A stretch of 64,000 nucleotides of DNA from Chiloscyllium plagiosum (taxonomy: Eukaryota): assembly GCF_004010195.1 (NCBI RefSeq), contig NC_057738.1, positions 18,555,622 to 18,619,621 of the forward strand, read 5' to 3'. Position numbers and translations under genes: made by a program. Positions within the stretch are counted from its first letter, which is position 1; every line of letters begins with the position of its first letter. Below the pieces are notes generated by a model. It was not told the origin of the DNA, searched no databases, and saw only the letters and a program-made list of their open reading frames with translations. Positions 49,606 to 62,803 of this stretch are shown piece by piece.

Positions 49606-51764
49606 AATAATTTCCCATCTTCTGTCTACCTCCTTTTTTAAACAGCAGCATCACATTTGCTGTTTTCCAATCTGCTGGAACTGCCCAGAGGCCAGTGAAT
49701 TTTGGGAAATTACCACCAGTCACCTGCTATTTCTCCTGCCATCTCTTTTAGTACTCTGGGATGCATTCCATCAGGTCCAGGCGACTTATCAATCCTTAGC
49801 TCCATTAGCATGCCCAACTCTACTTCTTCCGTAATACTGATTATTTCCACGTCCTCACCTACCTTTGTCTCTTTGTCAATTACTGGCATATTATTATCAT
49901 CCTCCACTGTGAAGACCGATGCAAAATACCTGTTCAATGCCTCAGCCATTTCATCATATCCCATAACTAAATTCCTCTTCTCATCCTCTAAAGGGCCAAT
50001 GTTTACTTCAGCCACTCTTTTCTGTTTTATATATTTATAGAAACTTTTGCTATCTGTCTTTATATCTGTCTATCTGTCTAAGCTAGTTTTTTCTCGTGTT
50101 CTATCTTACTTTGCTTTATAGCTCTTTTAGTGGCTTTCTGTTGACCTTTAAAGTTTTCCCAATCTTCCAGTTTCACACTGTTTTTGGCCACTTTATATGC
50201 CTTCTCTTTCAGTTTGATAGCTTCCATTATTTCCTTAGACACCCATGGCAGATTACCCCTTTTCTTACAGTCCTTCCTTTTCACTGGAATATACTTTTGC
50301 TGAACACTTTGAAAAATTGCTTTGAAAGTCCTCCACAGTTCATCAATTGTTCCACCATAAATCTTTGTTTCACCAAGTCCTCCCTCATTCTATTGTAGTC
50401 TCCCTTGTTTAAGCACAGGTCTCTGGAATTGGATTTTATCTTCACACTCTGCAGCTGTATTCTAAATTCAACCATACTGTGATCACTCCTTCCAAGAGGA
50501 TCCCTAACTATGAGGTCATTAATTATTCCTGTCTCGTTACACAGGACCAGATCTAGGATAGCTTGCTCCCTCGCCGTTTCCATTACATACTGTTCAAGAA
50601 AACTATCACGGATACACTCAACGAACTCCTCCTCAAGGCTACCCTGACTGAGCTGGTTTGATGAATCTACATGTAAATTAAAATCCCCAATGACAATTGC
50701 TGTACCATTTTTACCAATTAGTCATTTCTTTGCTTATTGCCTGCCCAGCGTGGTGTTATTATTTGGTAGCCTATAGACTGCACTTATTAGTGACCTTTTC
50801 CTTTTTGAATTCATAATCTTCATCCAAATGGATTCAACCTCATTCTCCATAGAACCTATATCATCTCTCAGCACTGCCCTGATGTTGTCCTTGAACATCA
50901 GAACTACACCACCTCCCTTACCTTACTGTCTGTCCTTCCGAATAGTCCAATATCCCGGATATTTAACTCCTAGTCATGATCATTCTGTAACTATATCTCA
51001 GTAATGGTTACTAAATCATATTCATTCACAATGATTTGTGCTATTAACTCATCAACCTTGTTATGAACACTACGAGCATTCAGGTAAAGTGCCTTTACAT
51101 GAACTTTCTTGCCATCATGATTTACAACATCTCTAATAATATCTCCTGAGTTATCCTTCCTTTTTGCCTCTTTCATTGTCTGCTTTGAACTTAAATCCCC
51201 CCCTGCACGCATGCTAACCTGCTGTTTACCTTTTTATTTACCATCATGCTTCCTGTCACTTCCCCTTTCCCTTCCACCCGACTCACTGGAACACCAGGTC
51301 TACAGAGGAAGAGCATTTGAGGAACCTGGAAGAAATTCTATAATGGCTGCAAGCACATAAGTTATGAGTAAAAAAGGAAAAATTGAATTTTTGTTCCAGA
51401 ACTGGCCTGAATATTTATGATCCATCATTGACAGCAAGTGGCTTCACAAGGCACCAAAGAAAATAAAGAGAATCATGGGATTGTCAGGTCTATTTTTGGT
51501 TACAGACTTTGGATGCCCACATCTAAGAGCCAAAATAAAAAAAATTGTCACTGTTACACACCTGGGGGATGACCCAAGACACCATGGCAACCTGTCCAGG
51601 TTGTTGTACCAGATGCTCTGAGGGTCAAATTCTGCTGGTGGTAGTTGATGCTCATCCTGAGTGACTTCAGGTAGCAGAAATGAGCACCAAGAAACGAGAG
51701 AAGATATTTCTAAGGTTCAGTAACCTTGAGCAGGTTGTCCATGACAACAGTTCCCAGTTATCCA

Positions 51765-52440
51765 CTTTGGTAGCAAGAACAGGAAGGCAGACTACTACCT
51801 CAATGGCATCAATTTATGTAAAGGGGCAGTACAGAGGGATCTGGGTGTTCTTGTACACCAGTCAATGAAGGCAAGCATGCAGGTACAGCAGGTAGTGAAG
51901 AAGGCTAATAGCATGCTGGCCTTCATAACAAGAGGAATTGAGTATACAAGGTCAATTCCTGGAATGGCAGGATTACCTTACACTAAAAGACTGAAGCGAC
52001 TGGGCTTGTACACCCTTGAGTTTTGAAGATTGAGAGGGGATCTGATTGAGACGTATAAGATTATGAAAGATTGGACACTCTGGCAGTAGGAAACATATTT
52101 CCACTGATGGGTGAGTGCCGAACCAGAGGACACAGCTTAAAAATACGGGGTAGACCATTTAGGACAGAGCTCAGCAGAAACTTCTTCACCCAGAGAGTGG
52201 CGACTGAGTGGAATGCTCTGCCACAGGGGGCAGTGGAGGCCCACTCTCTGGATTCATTTAAGAAGGAGTTGGATAGAGCTCTCAAAGACAGTGGAATCAA
52301 GCGTTATGGAGATAAGGCAGGAACAGGATACTGATTAGGAATGATCAGCCATGATTATATTGAATGGCAGTGCAGGCTCGAAGGGCTGAATGGCCTACTC
52401 CTGCACCTATTGTCTATTGTCTATTGTCTATTGTCTATTT
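51765..52440 (+). mobile_element. CR1 3' fragment with internal deletions
   Basis: RTRGHSLKIRGRPFRTE...GDKAGTGY; (CTATTGT)n tail; same subfamily as 12029-12855. Confidence 0.92.
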
Positions 52441-54199
52441 CTGACGCAGACACTGACTAATTGGAATGTATCAGCAGTCGGTGCACCAAGTTGGTGCTCT
52501 ATTGTCCCTCGGTCAATGGTCTTAATGAAAGATTTGTATGAGAGCACTCATTGAAAGGATCAAAGAGTGAGGGGTCACTAGTTTGCTGAGTCCACTGTTT
52601 TCTAGCCATGTCCCGAATCACAGCTCATGCCACTATCTTTGGCAAAAGTTCTGTTTAAAAGGAAGTTACAAACCACATTTGACCTGCTGTTTCCTGAAGA
52701 AATGCACAAAATTGTTGAGAAGAATCATTTAGCCCAGCCATCCAGAAGGAAAATGGAATCCAAGAGGTGTTCTTTTTGTCAGGTGACCAAATACTGGCCT
52801 GGAGTTAAACCAGGACTAATGAGTATGTACCTACCACAGTCCTGGCGTAGACAGGACCTTTATCCTACACAGTCCACACCCAGAATGGGATTATGTGCCG
52901 ACAGCATGCTGATGAGTTGTTAGTGACACAGCCCAATGTTTAGGAGCTGCCATCACCAGAGGGCCTCAGAAAGAGGCTTCTGCACAGTGTCCCTGGAGTA
53001 GTGAAGTTGCTGACCCTGGGGAAGAGACTGTCTGCAAGCCCCTTAGGAATAAGGCCACTTTATCTGACATTCCCAAGATCCCAAAGGTGAATCCTGCACC
53101 AGAAGTAAGAAGACCACCAGCAGAAAGTAGATGCCCACTGAAGTGACTCTTTCATTAGATGATGCCTGCTGTTTGTCATGTCTAATCAAACTGTGTATCA
53201 CATCCTTGCAAACAGTTTTGCTGATTGTCCATATATGCTATGTTTGAAACAATGGTCACACTAAAGGGGATATTTGGAGGTAAAGGGGTAGAGTTGTTAT
53301 GTATTATAGTTGTTTTTAAGGTTAGAACAGTGTCCCTATAAGAAGTGAGTCACATAGCCCTGGTGAATGTTCAGCCAGTGCTCACCAGCTTGTTTTGACT
53401 TGATTAAGCTTTTTCAGAGTGCACAGCATCAGAATAAAAAAAGTCCCTCCTACAAGGTTTGTATGTTCTTAGGTCTGACTGGAGCCTAGTAACTGTGCAG
53501 GACAGAATAATTATCACCAACATTTAAATTGTTAAACTTTTAAAAGATTATTGTTTATTTTGTTTTGGAGAGTTTAAAGGAGTTGGAGAAGGCATTCTGT
53601 GCCATATCATGACACAAGTGTGAGATTGTTCATGGATGTACACCGTGTCAGTGTTAACTAGCTCCAGGATGCAATACAGTGTACTGTACTGCTAGTGAGT
53701 GTGACTTGAACCAAAATCATTTGATGGGAGGTGAGAAATCCTACAAAACAAAGACTAAGTTGGAAAACCTTTGAGACTGCGTATGAAATGTCTTATTTAA
53801 AATTAACTGTTAAATATTATCTTTTATTTGAAATATCCTTCCTATTAATTAATGTTGAAATTATATTGATTTTAATTAGAGTTCCAGGCAGTGTTTTAGA
53901 AAATGAAATCTTGTCCATCAGGTATTTTTCCCTTGGCTTTTTGAATATTCATTTCTTTTACAAGTCTCTATGGTGATCATAAAAATATTGTATTGAAGTA
54001 TCTTTTAAACTATTAGCTAACATGTCACTCCTTTACAACTCTTGACCTATGTTTTAACTTTTAAAGTGAATCATATACATTATTGACATTTAGGGAATAT
54101 TAATCATTTAATGACAATTCTAGCTGCATTGCAATGAGTTGAAATCTGAGTTGGAATGTATGTATACTTTCACAGACAAGAATTAAAATTAAATGATAA

Positions 54200-54365
54200 G
54201 TGATTTGTATTTATGTAGTACCTTTTGAGACTAGAGAACATCAAGGACTTCACAGGCAATTAATTGCTGTTGAAGTGTAATTTTTGTAATGTCAGGGGAA
54301 ATGAAACCCACACAAACTGGGTCCCACAAAGAGAATTGTGAAATCACCAGATAAAGGGATAGAAA
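54200..54365 (-). mobile_element. Ancient Deu-type SINE 3' part
   Basis: TTGTATTTATGTAGTACCTTT...TTGAAGTGTAA...TCCCACAAA...ACCAGATAA. Confidence 0.5.
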
Positions 54366-55499
54366 TTTGATCTTATTGTTTTCTTAAATCGGATGCTACA
54401 AAGCTCAACTTTAATGACTAGTTTGAAGTAGGTTGCACAAAATTTACTTCAAATTGAATGAGCTGTCCTTGGAGGTGCAACAGGCTCCATTAACCATACT
54501 TAGCTTTCAAACATACACTTTTATTGTGCAAGTCCCCAGATAGCAATCAGGCAGACATTTTCCCTCCTGTGTTGCGAGAACACTACGTTCATTTGTGGAG
54601 CCTTTACCTCTGGTCCCTTCTGTGTTCTGTTAACATAGTCTTCACCAGTAACTGAACCAAGGATCAGACTGTTTGGTAACACATGATAGCTAACAAAATA
54701 AATTCACTGAGCCTCAGGGGGAGCACTTGTATTTATCTTAATCCCTAAATATTTGATACACCTCCTAGCTATTTGAAAGAATTAACCTAATAAAGAATGA
54801 GGGAAAACATCATTTTCTTACCCAAGAGCTTTGGTCTTTCTCCAATTAATTTTACAATCTGCCAACGGCCTGAAGTTAATCATTATCTCCGAGTGATAGT
54901 GATTTAAACTGTAATTGATTGCAAATGAAGAAGAGAGTATCACATAGATTACGTTGCCAACATATTATGACATTGCACCACTCTCGTTCTATAGACTAAT
55001 ACTAATCATTGCTTCAAAAGCAACTCTGAGAAACATGGGAAATCAATACAAATGACCCTGTCCTATTTAATAAAAAAACTTCGACAGAATCCCATCGGCC
55101 ATGAACTTTTCTGGAAGGGTAATCAGTTACGTGACTGCACTTTAGTTTGAGTGCATTATGCAAAAAGACCCATGCTCAAATGTATCCATAATCATCTGAA
55201 GATAGTTTCTACTCTACCATTTTAAGGTATTCTCTGCAGGCCATCCCACAAGACATCATAGAGAGATACATTATTATTGTACATACTCTGCAAATATTAA
55301 ATAGTAAATCTCACTTAATCTTAATTCACAATTATCCAGTTGAGCTCTTCATCTCTGAAAAAAGGTCTCCACTAAGATTTCTCAACCTATTTATTTATTT
55401 GGATGCATTTGTAACTTCTGAGATAGTTTTGCTTCTTTAATAAAATTATATTTATCATTCTTTTCTGAAAAGGTGCACCAAGAATGAAATCCCCAGTTT

Positions 55500-55825
55500 C
55501 ATAGAATCCCAACAGTTTGGAAGCAGACCATTTGGCCCACATTGATGTCTGAAGAGCATCCCACCCAGACCCACCTCCCTACTCTACCTCTGCAACCCTA
55601 CATTCCCCACAGCTAATCCATCTTGTCTGGTCATCCCTGAACACTATGGGAAATTTAGCAATAATAATCCACCTGCACATCTTTAGAGTGTGGGAGGAAA
55701 CCAGAGCAAACCCACACAGACAGAGGGAAAGCATACAAACTCAACACAGACAGTTGCCCAAGGATAAAATCGAACCTGGGTCCTTGGTGCTGTGAGGTAG
55801 CAGTGCTGAGCCACTGTGCTGCCCC
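55500..55825 (-). mobile_element. HE1-type SINE
   Basis: Diverged reverse copy with head and tail. Confidence 0.88.
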
Positions 55826-56339
55826 AAACCATACCCGCCACAATTGTGTCTGTAATTCTATGGATTTTGTAAAGGGTAAATACAGTTTTATCTGTAACAC
55901 TGGGAACTCCCAAGCACCTGTAACTTCAATTCAAAATGGATCAAACCATGCACCTGATCAAAAGTTACCCACTCACAGAAGCAGACTCCCCGGGGAGACC
56001 AGGGCAAGATTGTACCCTGGACACCCTGGTCCACTCTCTCAAACATTTAGAAAAATGTTTTCAACATACAGGTCTGGGAGTCTGTGGATTCTGAGATTGA
56101 CATTTCCACGTTATTCTTAGGGAAGAGCTGCAGGGTTGGTAATGATGTTCCTAAAAAAAGCATATCCTTGCATTCAGACAGGGATATTCTGCAAATAACT
56201 ACAATCTGGAGAAAGAATACAAGTCACTGGTCACCCCTTAACATGTATCGCTGGTCTTCTTCCTTTCATAATATAATATTTTCTTCTAACTTATGACTTA
56301 TTCATTGGAAAGGAAAGAAGGGAGAACGGAAATAAAAAG

Positions 56340-56670
56340 AAATACTTAATACTGCAACACCTTTCATGAGCTCAGGATGTCCCATTGCATTTTCCAACTG
56401 TTAAAATACATTTTAAAATCCAGTCACTGTTTTGTAAGAAACACAGCAACTAATGTTTACACAGGAAATCTTCATATAGCAATTTGATAATGACCAGATT
56501 GACTGTTTCTGTTTATTGGCTTGGGAATGCATATTGGGTCAATATTTCCCTACGCATCTTTGCACTAACACCATTAAATCTTTTATGAGTTTCTAAAAGG
56601 GCAGATGGAATTTTTATTTAATATTCTAATTGAAAGGTAATCCATCCAGTCAGGCATTGTAGATATCCCT
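56340..56670 (-). mobile_element. Ancient Deu-domain SINE
   Basis: CCTTTCATGAGCTCAGGATGTCCCA...GTCACTGTT...GATAATGACCAGAT...AAAAGGGCAGATGG. Confidence 0.55.
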
Positions 56671-58010
56671 GTCTGGTCAATGCGATCTGTTTCATTAATG
56701 AATGTGCAAGCCAAATGGGTGAAATTGTGATATGCATATTTCGCACTTGACACTGAACAAAGATAGAGTGTCGGACCTCAGCGTATGAGTGGAGATCCCA
56801 GACAGTGACCGGAGTGTTGGATCATGAGATGTAAATGGTACTCAAATAATTTGGAACCTGAGTTCTTGAAGCTGAACATGCCATGACCTTGACTTTAAGT
56901 AACGCAATTCCACCACTTCCTCGATTCACTCGTGCTATAACTTTCAATCAATGGTGTGTCTCAAAACATTTGCCTCAGTCAATTTACCCAGGCATGAAGG
57001 AATGTTCCAGCTGGCTACTTTAACAACTGCCTGTGACTTAAGCTCCTGCTCTACTTCTCAGTGCAAACAATTAATAATGGTGCTCGTGAGCTAAGTCCTT
57101 CCCTCTTGTGCAGTCAGCTGTTACAGTAACCAGCTGGAAATTCCCTTCAATGTGCAATGGACTCTGAGACTAGAACACAGATATCATAAAACATGCGGTT
57201 GATTAAAATTAAATGTCATTGTGGAGGAAAGAATTACCATAAGGACACAAGTTGTGGCTGAGCTGCTAATTGGCACAGTGCCGAAATAAAGGCCAGACCA
57301 GAAGATACGATGGTGAGCTAATGCAGTAAGCTGCAACCGATAGGAGGCACACAGGTGGCAATAGAAAAGGGGAGAAGTAGATTTGAGAATGTTAACAGAG
57401 TAATGGTGGTGTGAACAATCTTGACTGTGTGGCTGGCAGTAATGGTGGTGAGACGGAAGCAGAACCCAGCAGAACTACACATTGGGCTTGAGAGATCTGG
57501 AGGGAGGATGACAGCAGGTCTGGTGAGTTGAGTCTGAAACCTTTGCATCCTGAGAACATTAAAATAATTGGTGGAGTGGGGTGTCACGACAGCATGTCGG
57601 CAGTTAGGAAAGGAAAAGAATAAGCCATTCTGTCCTAATTCTTTCATTGTATATCATGGTGATGGCTATGGTTATGAGTGTAGTCAATTAAACCCATTGT
57701 CATCAGCATCCTTCCATTTACAGAAGTTAAATTATTGACACAGCTTCGTATCTACTGCAGAATCAAACTAATTTCATCAAATTTAACTGCTTCTTGCTAT
57801 CTGCCAGGTGAATTTAAAAGAGAAAGTTATTTTATTGCAGAATTGTATTGTTTATTCATTCCTCAATGGTGAACAATGATTAACTCAAACTACTTTTAAT
57901 TGTTTCAGATTTAGCCAAACAAATGTTTATTTGATGTATGTATTGGCAAATGAATGACTTTTTTTTGTCCTGCAAACATTTGACACTGTGGGGTATGACA
58001 TTCTGAAGTA

Positions 58011-58583
58011 CATGATGTGGAAGTGCCAGTGTTGGACTGGGGTGAGCAAAGTTAAAAATCACACAAACGCCAGGTTATAGTCCAACAGGCTTAACTGGAA
58101 GCACTAGCTTTCAGAGCGCTGCTCCTTCATCAGTTAGCTAGTGGGGCAGGATCACAGGACAATTGTGTGTCCACTAGTTACCTGACAAAGGAGCAGTGCT
58201 CCAAGGGCTTGTACTTCCAAATAAACCTGTTGGACTATAATCTGGTGTCGTGTGATTTTAACTTTGGTATAGAATGTCATTGGAAAGAGGGCCTCTTAAT
58301 CCTCAGCTGGCTTTCCTTCATGGTGCCAATCAAGGTCAAATGGATCACATTTTGATAATCTGATGAGTTAATGAAGTTCAGTCTTAAAAACCTCTCTGCC
58401 AAGGAATGTTTTACCACATCAGCAGGACAAATGAGCTGGTATGGAGAGGAACCTGGAGTGTCACTGGTGGGAACCTGAGATGCCAGTGAAGGAATTACAG
58501 GCATACCAGGTGGGCTGGAGATGAGTCCATTCCAAATAAACCTGTTGGGCTCTAACCTGGTGTTGTGTAATTTTTAACTTTAT
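58011..58583. mobile_element. PLE-derived fold-back element (family A) with extra arm copy
   Basis: Arms ~58048-58145 / ~58171-58265; minus 58102-58136 has an intact core CTGATGA-AGGAGCAGCGCTCT-GAAA-GCTA-GTG; third arm 58530-58581. Confidence 0.8.
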
Positions 58584-58689
58584 CCTGAAGTATGACACTC
58601 TTGAAGTGTTAAATTTGAAAGCTATCATGAAATCAGCTTTAACTCACCTAAATAAGTTGATTAACAATGTCTACAATCAGAGAGAATAT

Positions 58690-59220
58690 GGGCAGAATTT
58701 TAATGCCCTCCTTGTTAGCAGATTCGGGGAGTGGTTGGGCACCCAGCTATCTTTCCACCTCACTCTGATTCAGTCTTAGTGGGAAGCCCTGGATGGTTAC
58801 CCAATTTAGTTGAGAGCCTTAAACATGCAGTTAATGTCCACTTGAAGGCCTAAACCTACTGCTGTGGGCATTAGACCAATGGGCAGGTGAAGAGGCTTCA
58901 CCATGCAAGAAGTAGGATAAACAAACCATGCAAGATTGCTTGTGATGTGGGTTAGTGAGGGCAATAGAAAGGGATGCCTCTTCAGAGGCACTCAGTGCCT
59001 GACGATGGGACCTAACTTCAGAAAGGTGGAAGCTCAAGGACAGCCACATTTTATGAGCTTTTATTTTCTGACTCCCCCTCCCCGACAAATCACACTCCAC
59101 AACCCACCTTACACTATATCTCACCTATTATCTGGAAGATGGCAACCGCCTGGGTTACATACTGTCATCAGCTGCTCCCTCCCTCATGGCATTGCCATTG
59201 AATAGCAGTGCTACTACCCG
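58690..59220. mobile_element. Candidate old non-autonomous DNA transposon (Harbinger-like terminus)
   Basis: Begins GGGCAGAATTTT; the same word occurs inverted at ~2629-2639; quasi-palindromic core GCCTTAAA..TTAAT..CTTGAAGGC, also seen near 18660-18700. Confidence 0.3.
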
Positions 59221-59425
59221 ATTAGTCAAGGGTGGAGACCCCACCCATCTTAAAAGAAATGTATTTGCTATCGGGACAACATTTCCCAAATTGATACCAG
59301 AATAGCCAATAACATCATCCACCCGAGCCACTAGAAGATCTAAATTTAAAGACTGTGTATGCAATGCAATGCGTATGCAGAGAGACTGATGACAGTGTGA
59401 TGAGCTAGATTTAATGCATGGTTTT

Positions 59426-59779
59426 CATAGAATTCCTGTAGTGTGGAAAGAGGCCATTCAGCCCATCAAGTCCACACTGACCATCCAACAGCATCCCACT
59501 CAGATCTAGCCCCTAACCTATCTGTGTAACCCTGCAATTACCATGGCTAACTCACCTAGCCTGCACATCCCTGGACACTACAGACAATTTAGGATGGCCA
59601 ATCTACCTAACTTGCACATCTTTGGACCCTGGGAGGAAACCAGAGCACCCAGAGGAAACACATGTAGACGCAGGGTGAACTTGCAAACTCCGCACAGACA
59701 GTCCACTTGAGAGTGGAATTGAATCAGAATCCCTGGTGCTATGAGGCAACAGTGCTAACCACTGAGCCATCATGTCACT
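59426..59779 (-). mobile_element. HE1-type SINE
   Basis: Full-length reverse copy. Confidence 0.9.
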
Positions 59780-61284
59780 CCTTTGTTCATTAACAAATTT
59801 TGTTATTGACCATACACATATTCAATAATCTGAAACTGGAAATGCAAACATTTTGTTTTCTTGTTTTGCATAAAAGGAGGGATGTTAGAAGAAATGCATT
59901 TGTATTTTGTATCCTCTAATGTCATCCCTGTAGTCATTTTCATTTTAAACAGTAGCCAATGAACCCATCAAGAGAAACAGCTATCTGCCGTTCACACATA
60001 AAACTAGGTATGGGCAATAAAATTGACTTGCCAGTAGTGGTTATGCTACATTTCTAGAAAAATAAACAAAACAAAGTTACAGTAACTGAAATCTATTGCC
60101 TAAGTCTTGATTTATTGATCTTGGTTCAAAAGAATTCTCTTGACACCATTTTGGTTCATTCATCTATAAACAGTAAGGATGTCATCAAAAGACAGCTCCA
60201 TACTTCCAAGTCTATTGACACAAGACATAACATTCTTCTCTCAAAGCATTTTGCTCAACTCTCAGGAAGAATAACCCAGCTTTATCAGAAAGAAAAGAAA
60301 TTCAAATTAATTCAAGGATCAACCAAATATCCGAATACACCATTTGTTCAGTTCTTCAGACACCTCAGTCAAATGAACGTTTCTATCAAGGTCAGCACTT
60401 TGCTAATGATTCTCCTCCTTTCAAGCAGAAATGAACAAAATATGACCTCGTAAATTGCTTTTACAGACCTCCATAATAAAATGGGAGAGATATTAGGAGT
60501 GAAATTATTATTCATAAATTCCTGTTCAAAAAAAAAGAGGAATTTATCATCCTATTCCAAAGCTGAGTTAAAACAGTTTCAGCAATGAATCTTATTTATG
60601 ACGAGAGTTACTAAAGAAATGACCAATGGAGCATCATCCAGAATTAATATGTGACTAATCTGGATATCTCTTATATTTGGAATCAAAGATTGGAAAATAA
60701 AAATATGCATCACTGAGCAACAAGCAAATTCACAGGGAGTAATCTAGATATTTGTCAGACCCATCTCTTTAATAACTTACAGTTTAAATGACTTTGCAAT
60801 ATCAAGCATGTCAGCAAGCTATACAGCCAAAATGGGATCCAAAATTTTATGAAATCCTTTGATTATTAAACAATTGTTAAACTTGAGATAAGAGCAAAAA
60901 ACAAATGTCAGTTAATAATTGAATTAGAATTGAGGAATCCATATTGACTGTTTTTATGTATGTTCAAAGAGAGACACCACAAAGGTGATAGACAAGTAGG
61001 TTGTTTTTAAACCTTTTGGTTTGTGTTATGATGTTATTACTGGAACTTACAAGTTGGTCCCAGACTTGATAGATCATATGTTGTTCTGTTTTTGTTTTAA
61101 CAAAGTTGTCTCTCACTGAAACACAAATATGAAATGCTGCAGATTTTGTTCTAACAATAAAAGGAAGTTTATTAGCATAAGAAATGAAGATAAAATAGAA
61201 TAAACCAAACTATATTTTTATAATACAAATTCAAAAGACTTTAAAGCACACAGTAAAAGTAAAATTTTGTTAATTTCATTCATT

Positions 61285-62078
61285 TATCACAGAATCTCAG
61301 TTATTATCATGTAAAAAGAGGACATTCCTTCCATTATGACCACATTGGCCCTACTACCTAGTACCAATCTTCTACTTTATCCCCACATCCCTGAACATCA
61401 TTACCATCCAAATAACAATCCAATGTGCACTTGAATACCTCAATTGGAATCTGGATCCATCACAGTTTCAAGCAATGCATTTCACACATTAATAATGCAC
61501 GGCATTAAAACGTTTTTTTTTCACATCGCCTCTGCTTTCTTTGCACATCATTTCAAATCTGTGGTCTCTTCTTCATGTTTCACCTGATCTACTTTGTCTA
61601 GCTTCCACATAATTTTGAAAACTTTAGTCAGATCGGTACAGTTGCTCAGTGGTTAGCACTGCCGCCTCACAGCACCAGGAGCTGTGTTTGATTCCAGCGT
61701 CAGGCAACTGTCTGTATGGAGTTTATACATTCTCCCCGCATCTGCGTGAGTTTCCTCCGGGTGCTCTGGTTTCCTCCCACAATCCAAAGATGTGCAGATT
61801 AGGTGAATTGGCCAAGCTAAATTGCCCATAGTGTTCAGGGATGTGTTGGTTAGGTGCATTAATCACAGAAATTGTAGAGTAATAGGATAGGGAATGGGTC
61901 TGGGTGGGATAGTCTTCGCAGAGCCAGTGTGGACTTGTTGGGCCAAATGGCCTGTTTCCACACTGAAGTGATTCTATGATCTCCTCTCAGCCTTCTTCGC
62001 TCCAGGGAAAACAGCCCCAACTTCTTTCATCTATCCTCATAAATAAAGTTTCTCATACTTTCAACCATTCTAGTAAAT
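61285..62078 (-). mobile_element. Old CR1 3' fragment split by a SINE
   Basis: CR1 antisense motifs (CAGCCTTCTTCGCTCCAGGGAAAACAGCCCCAA; TTTTTTCACATCGCC) on both sides of the SINE. Confidence 0.7.
61635..61980 (+). mobile_element. HE1-type SINE
   Basis: Head GTTGCTCAGTGGTTAGCACTGCCGCCTCACAG; tail GATTCTATGAT. Confidence 0.9.
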
Positions 62079-62644
62079 TGAAAAAAAAAATCCCAAAACA
62101 AATCCCTGGTACAGTGTCCAAAACAGAGTAGAGTACCCAAAACACCATTTCTACACTAATCACCCCAAGTTTCTGTATCTAACACCTTGCTAGGTTTAAG
62201 TCATTTGTCACTTTAGTTTATGAACTGTGTAGAGCTGTTTCCTGAAGCTACTAGGCACCCAAGTATAAATGTACACAGCTTTAAGTATTCTCTTCAGCGT
62301 TCATACCAACACTTCTGATCTGGGATTAACATTAACTCTTTACTCCAAGGTAAACTAGTTTCTCTATAACCTTCTCTTCCCAGGTGTATACAGTCAACTT
62401 TATCCAAGGACTTCACAGGACTGCTCAAAATTCAAAGTAAGACCAAATTTAAAAGAAAACGCTCAAAGCTGTCAGTGTTTCCTTTAATCTTTAAAGAAGT
62501 GTTCTAGAAATCCCTAAAGTAAAACTCTGACACCCCGTTATTTAACTTTATGATCACAAAACAATAAAGTAAAAATAAATCCAGAAGTGGTTCACAAAAA
62601 CTCAGAAATTCTAAAGCTAAGCCTTAAAAACTGTTTTAAAGGAT

Positions 62645-62803
62645 ACATCTTTGTATCCTCTTTGACCATAGGTGATGTCCCAGGGGACTGGAGAATAACC
62701 AATGCTGTCCCATCACTTAAGAAGGGTAGCAGGGGTTGTCCAGGAAATTACAGGCCTGTGAGCCTCATGTCAGTGATAGGGAAATTATTGGACAAGATTC
62801 TCA
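62645..62803 (+). mobile_element. CR1 RT N-terminal fragment
   Basis: GDVPGDWRITNAVPSLKKG...PGNYRPVSLMSVIGKLLDKIL. Confidence 0.9.

Larger units (their letters stand above)
47734..51282 (-). mobile_element. Long CR1 LINE (most of ORF2) inserted in the Gypsy RT
   Basis: [90 protein letters not shown]. Confidence 0.95.
45700..53522 (+). mobile_element. Decayed Gypsy LTR retrotransposon(s): RT, RNase H, integrase, candidate 3' LTR; interrupted by several insertions
   Basis: KVEAELMRL, SDWATPI, ICGVFKVTVNP, YLNDILI..STEEEHLRNL, LGLVNHY, DATSYGLG, DALSRL, HQGHPGVVRM, VVVDAH, EQVVHDNS; purine tract 53281-53293 then TG..CA 53295-53522 with AATAAA. Confidence 0.8.

Noticed and set aside
60115-60453. 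112-aa ORF in unique-looking DNA
   Set aside because: Non-ATG start, no recognisable domain and no convincing splice signals; a small host exon cannot be excluded without RNA-seq.
61025-62557. Possible further solo LTR (TGTTATGA...GATCACA) split by CR1 and SINE
   Set aside because: No TSD or internal homology could be confirmed by eye.
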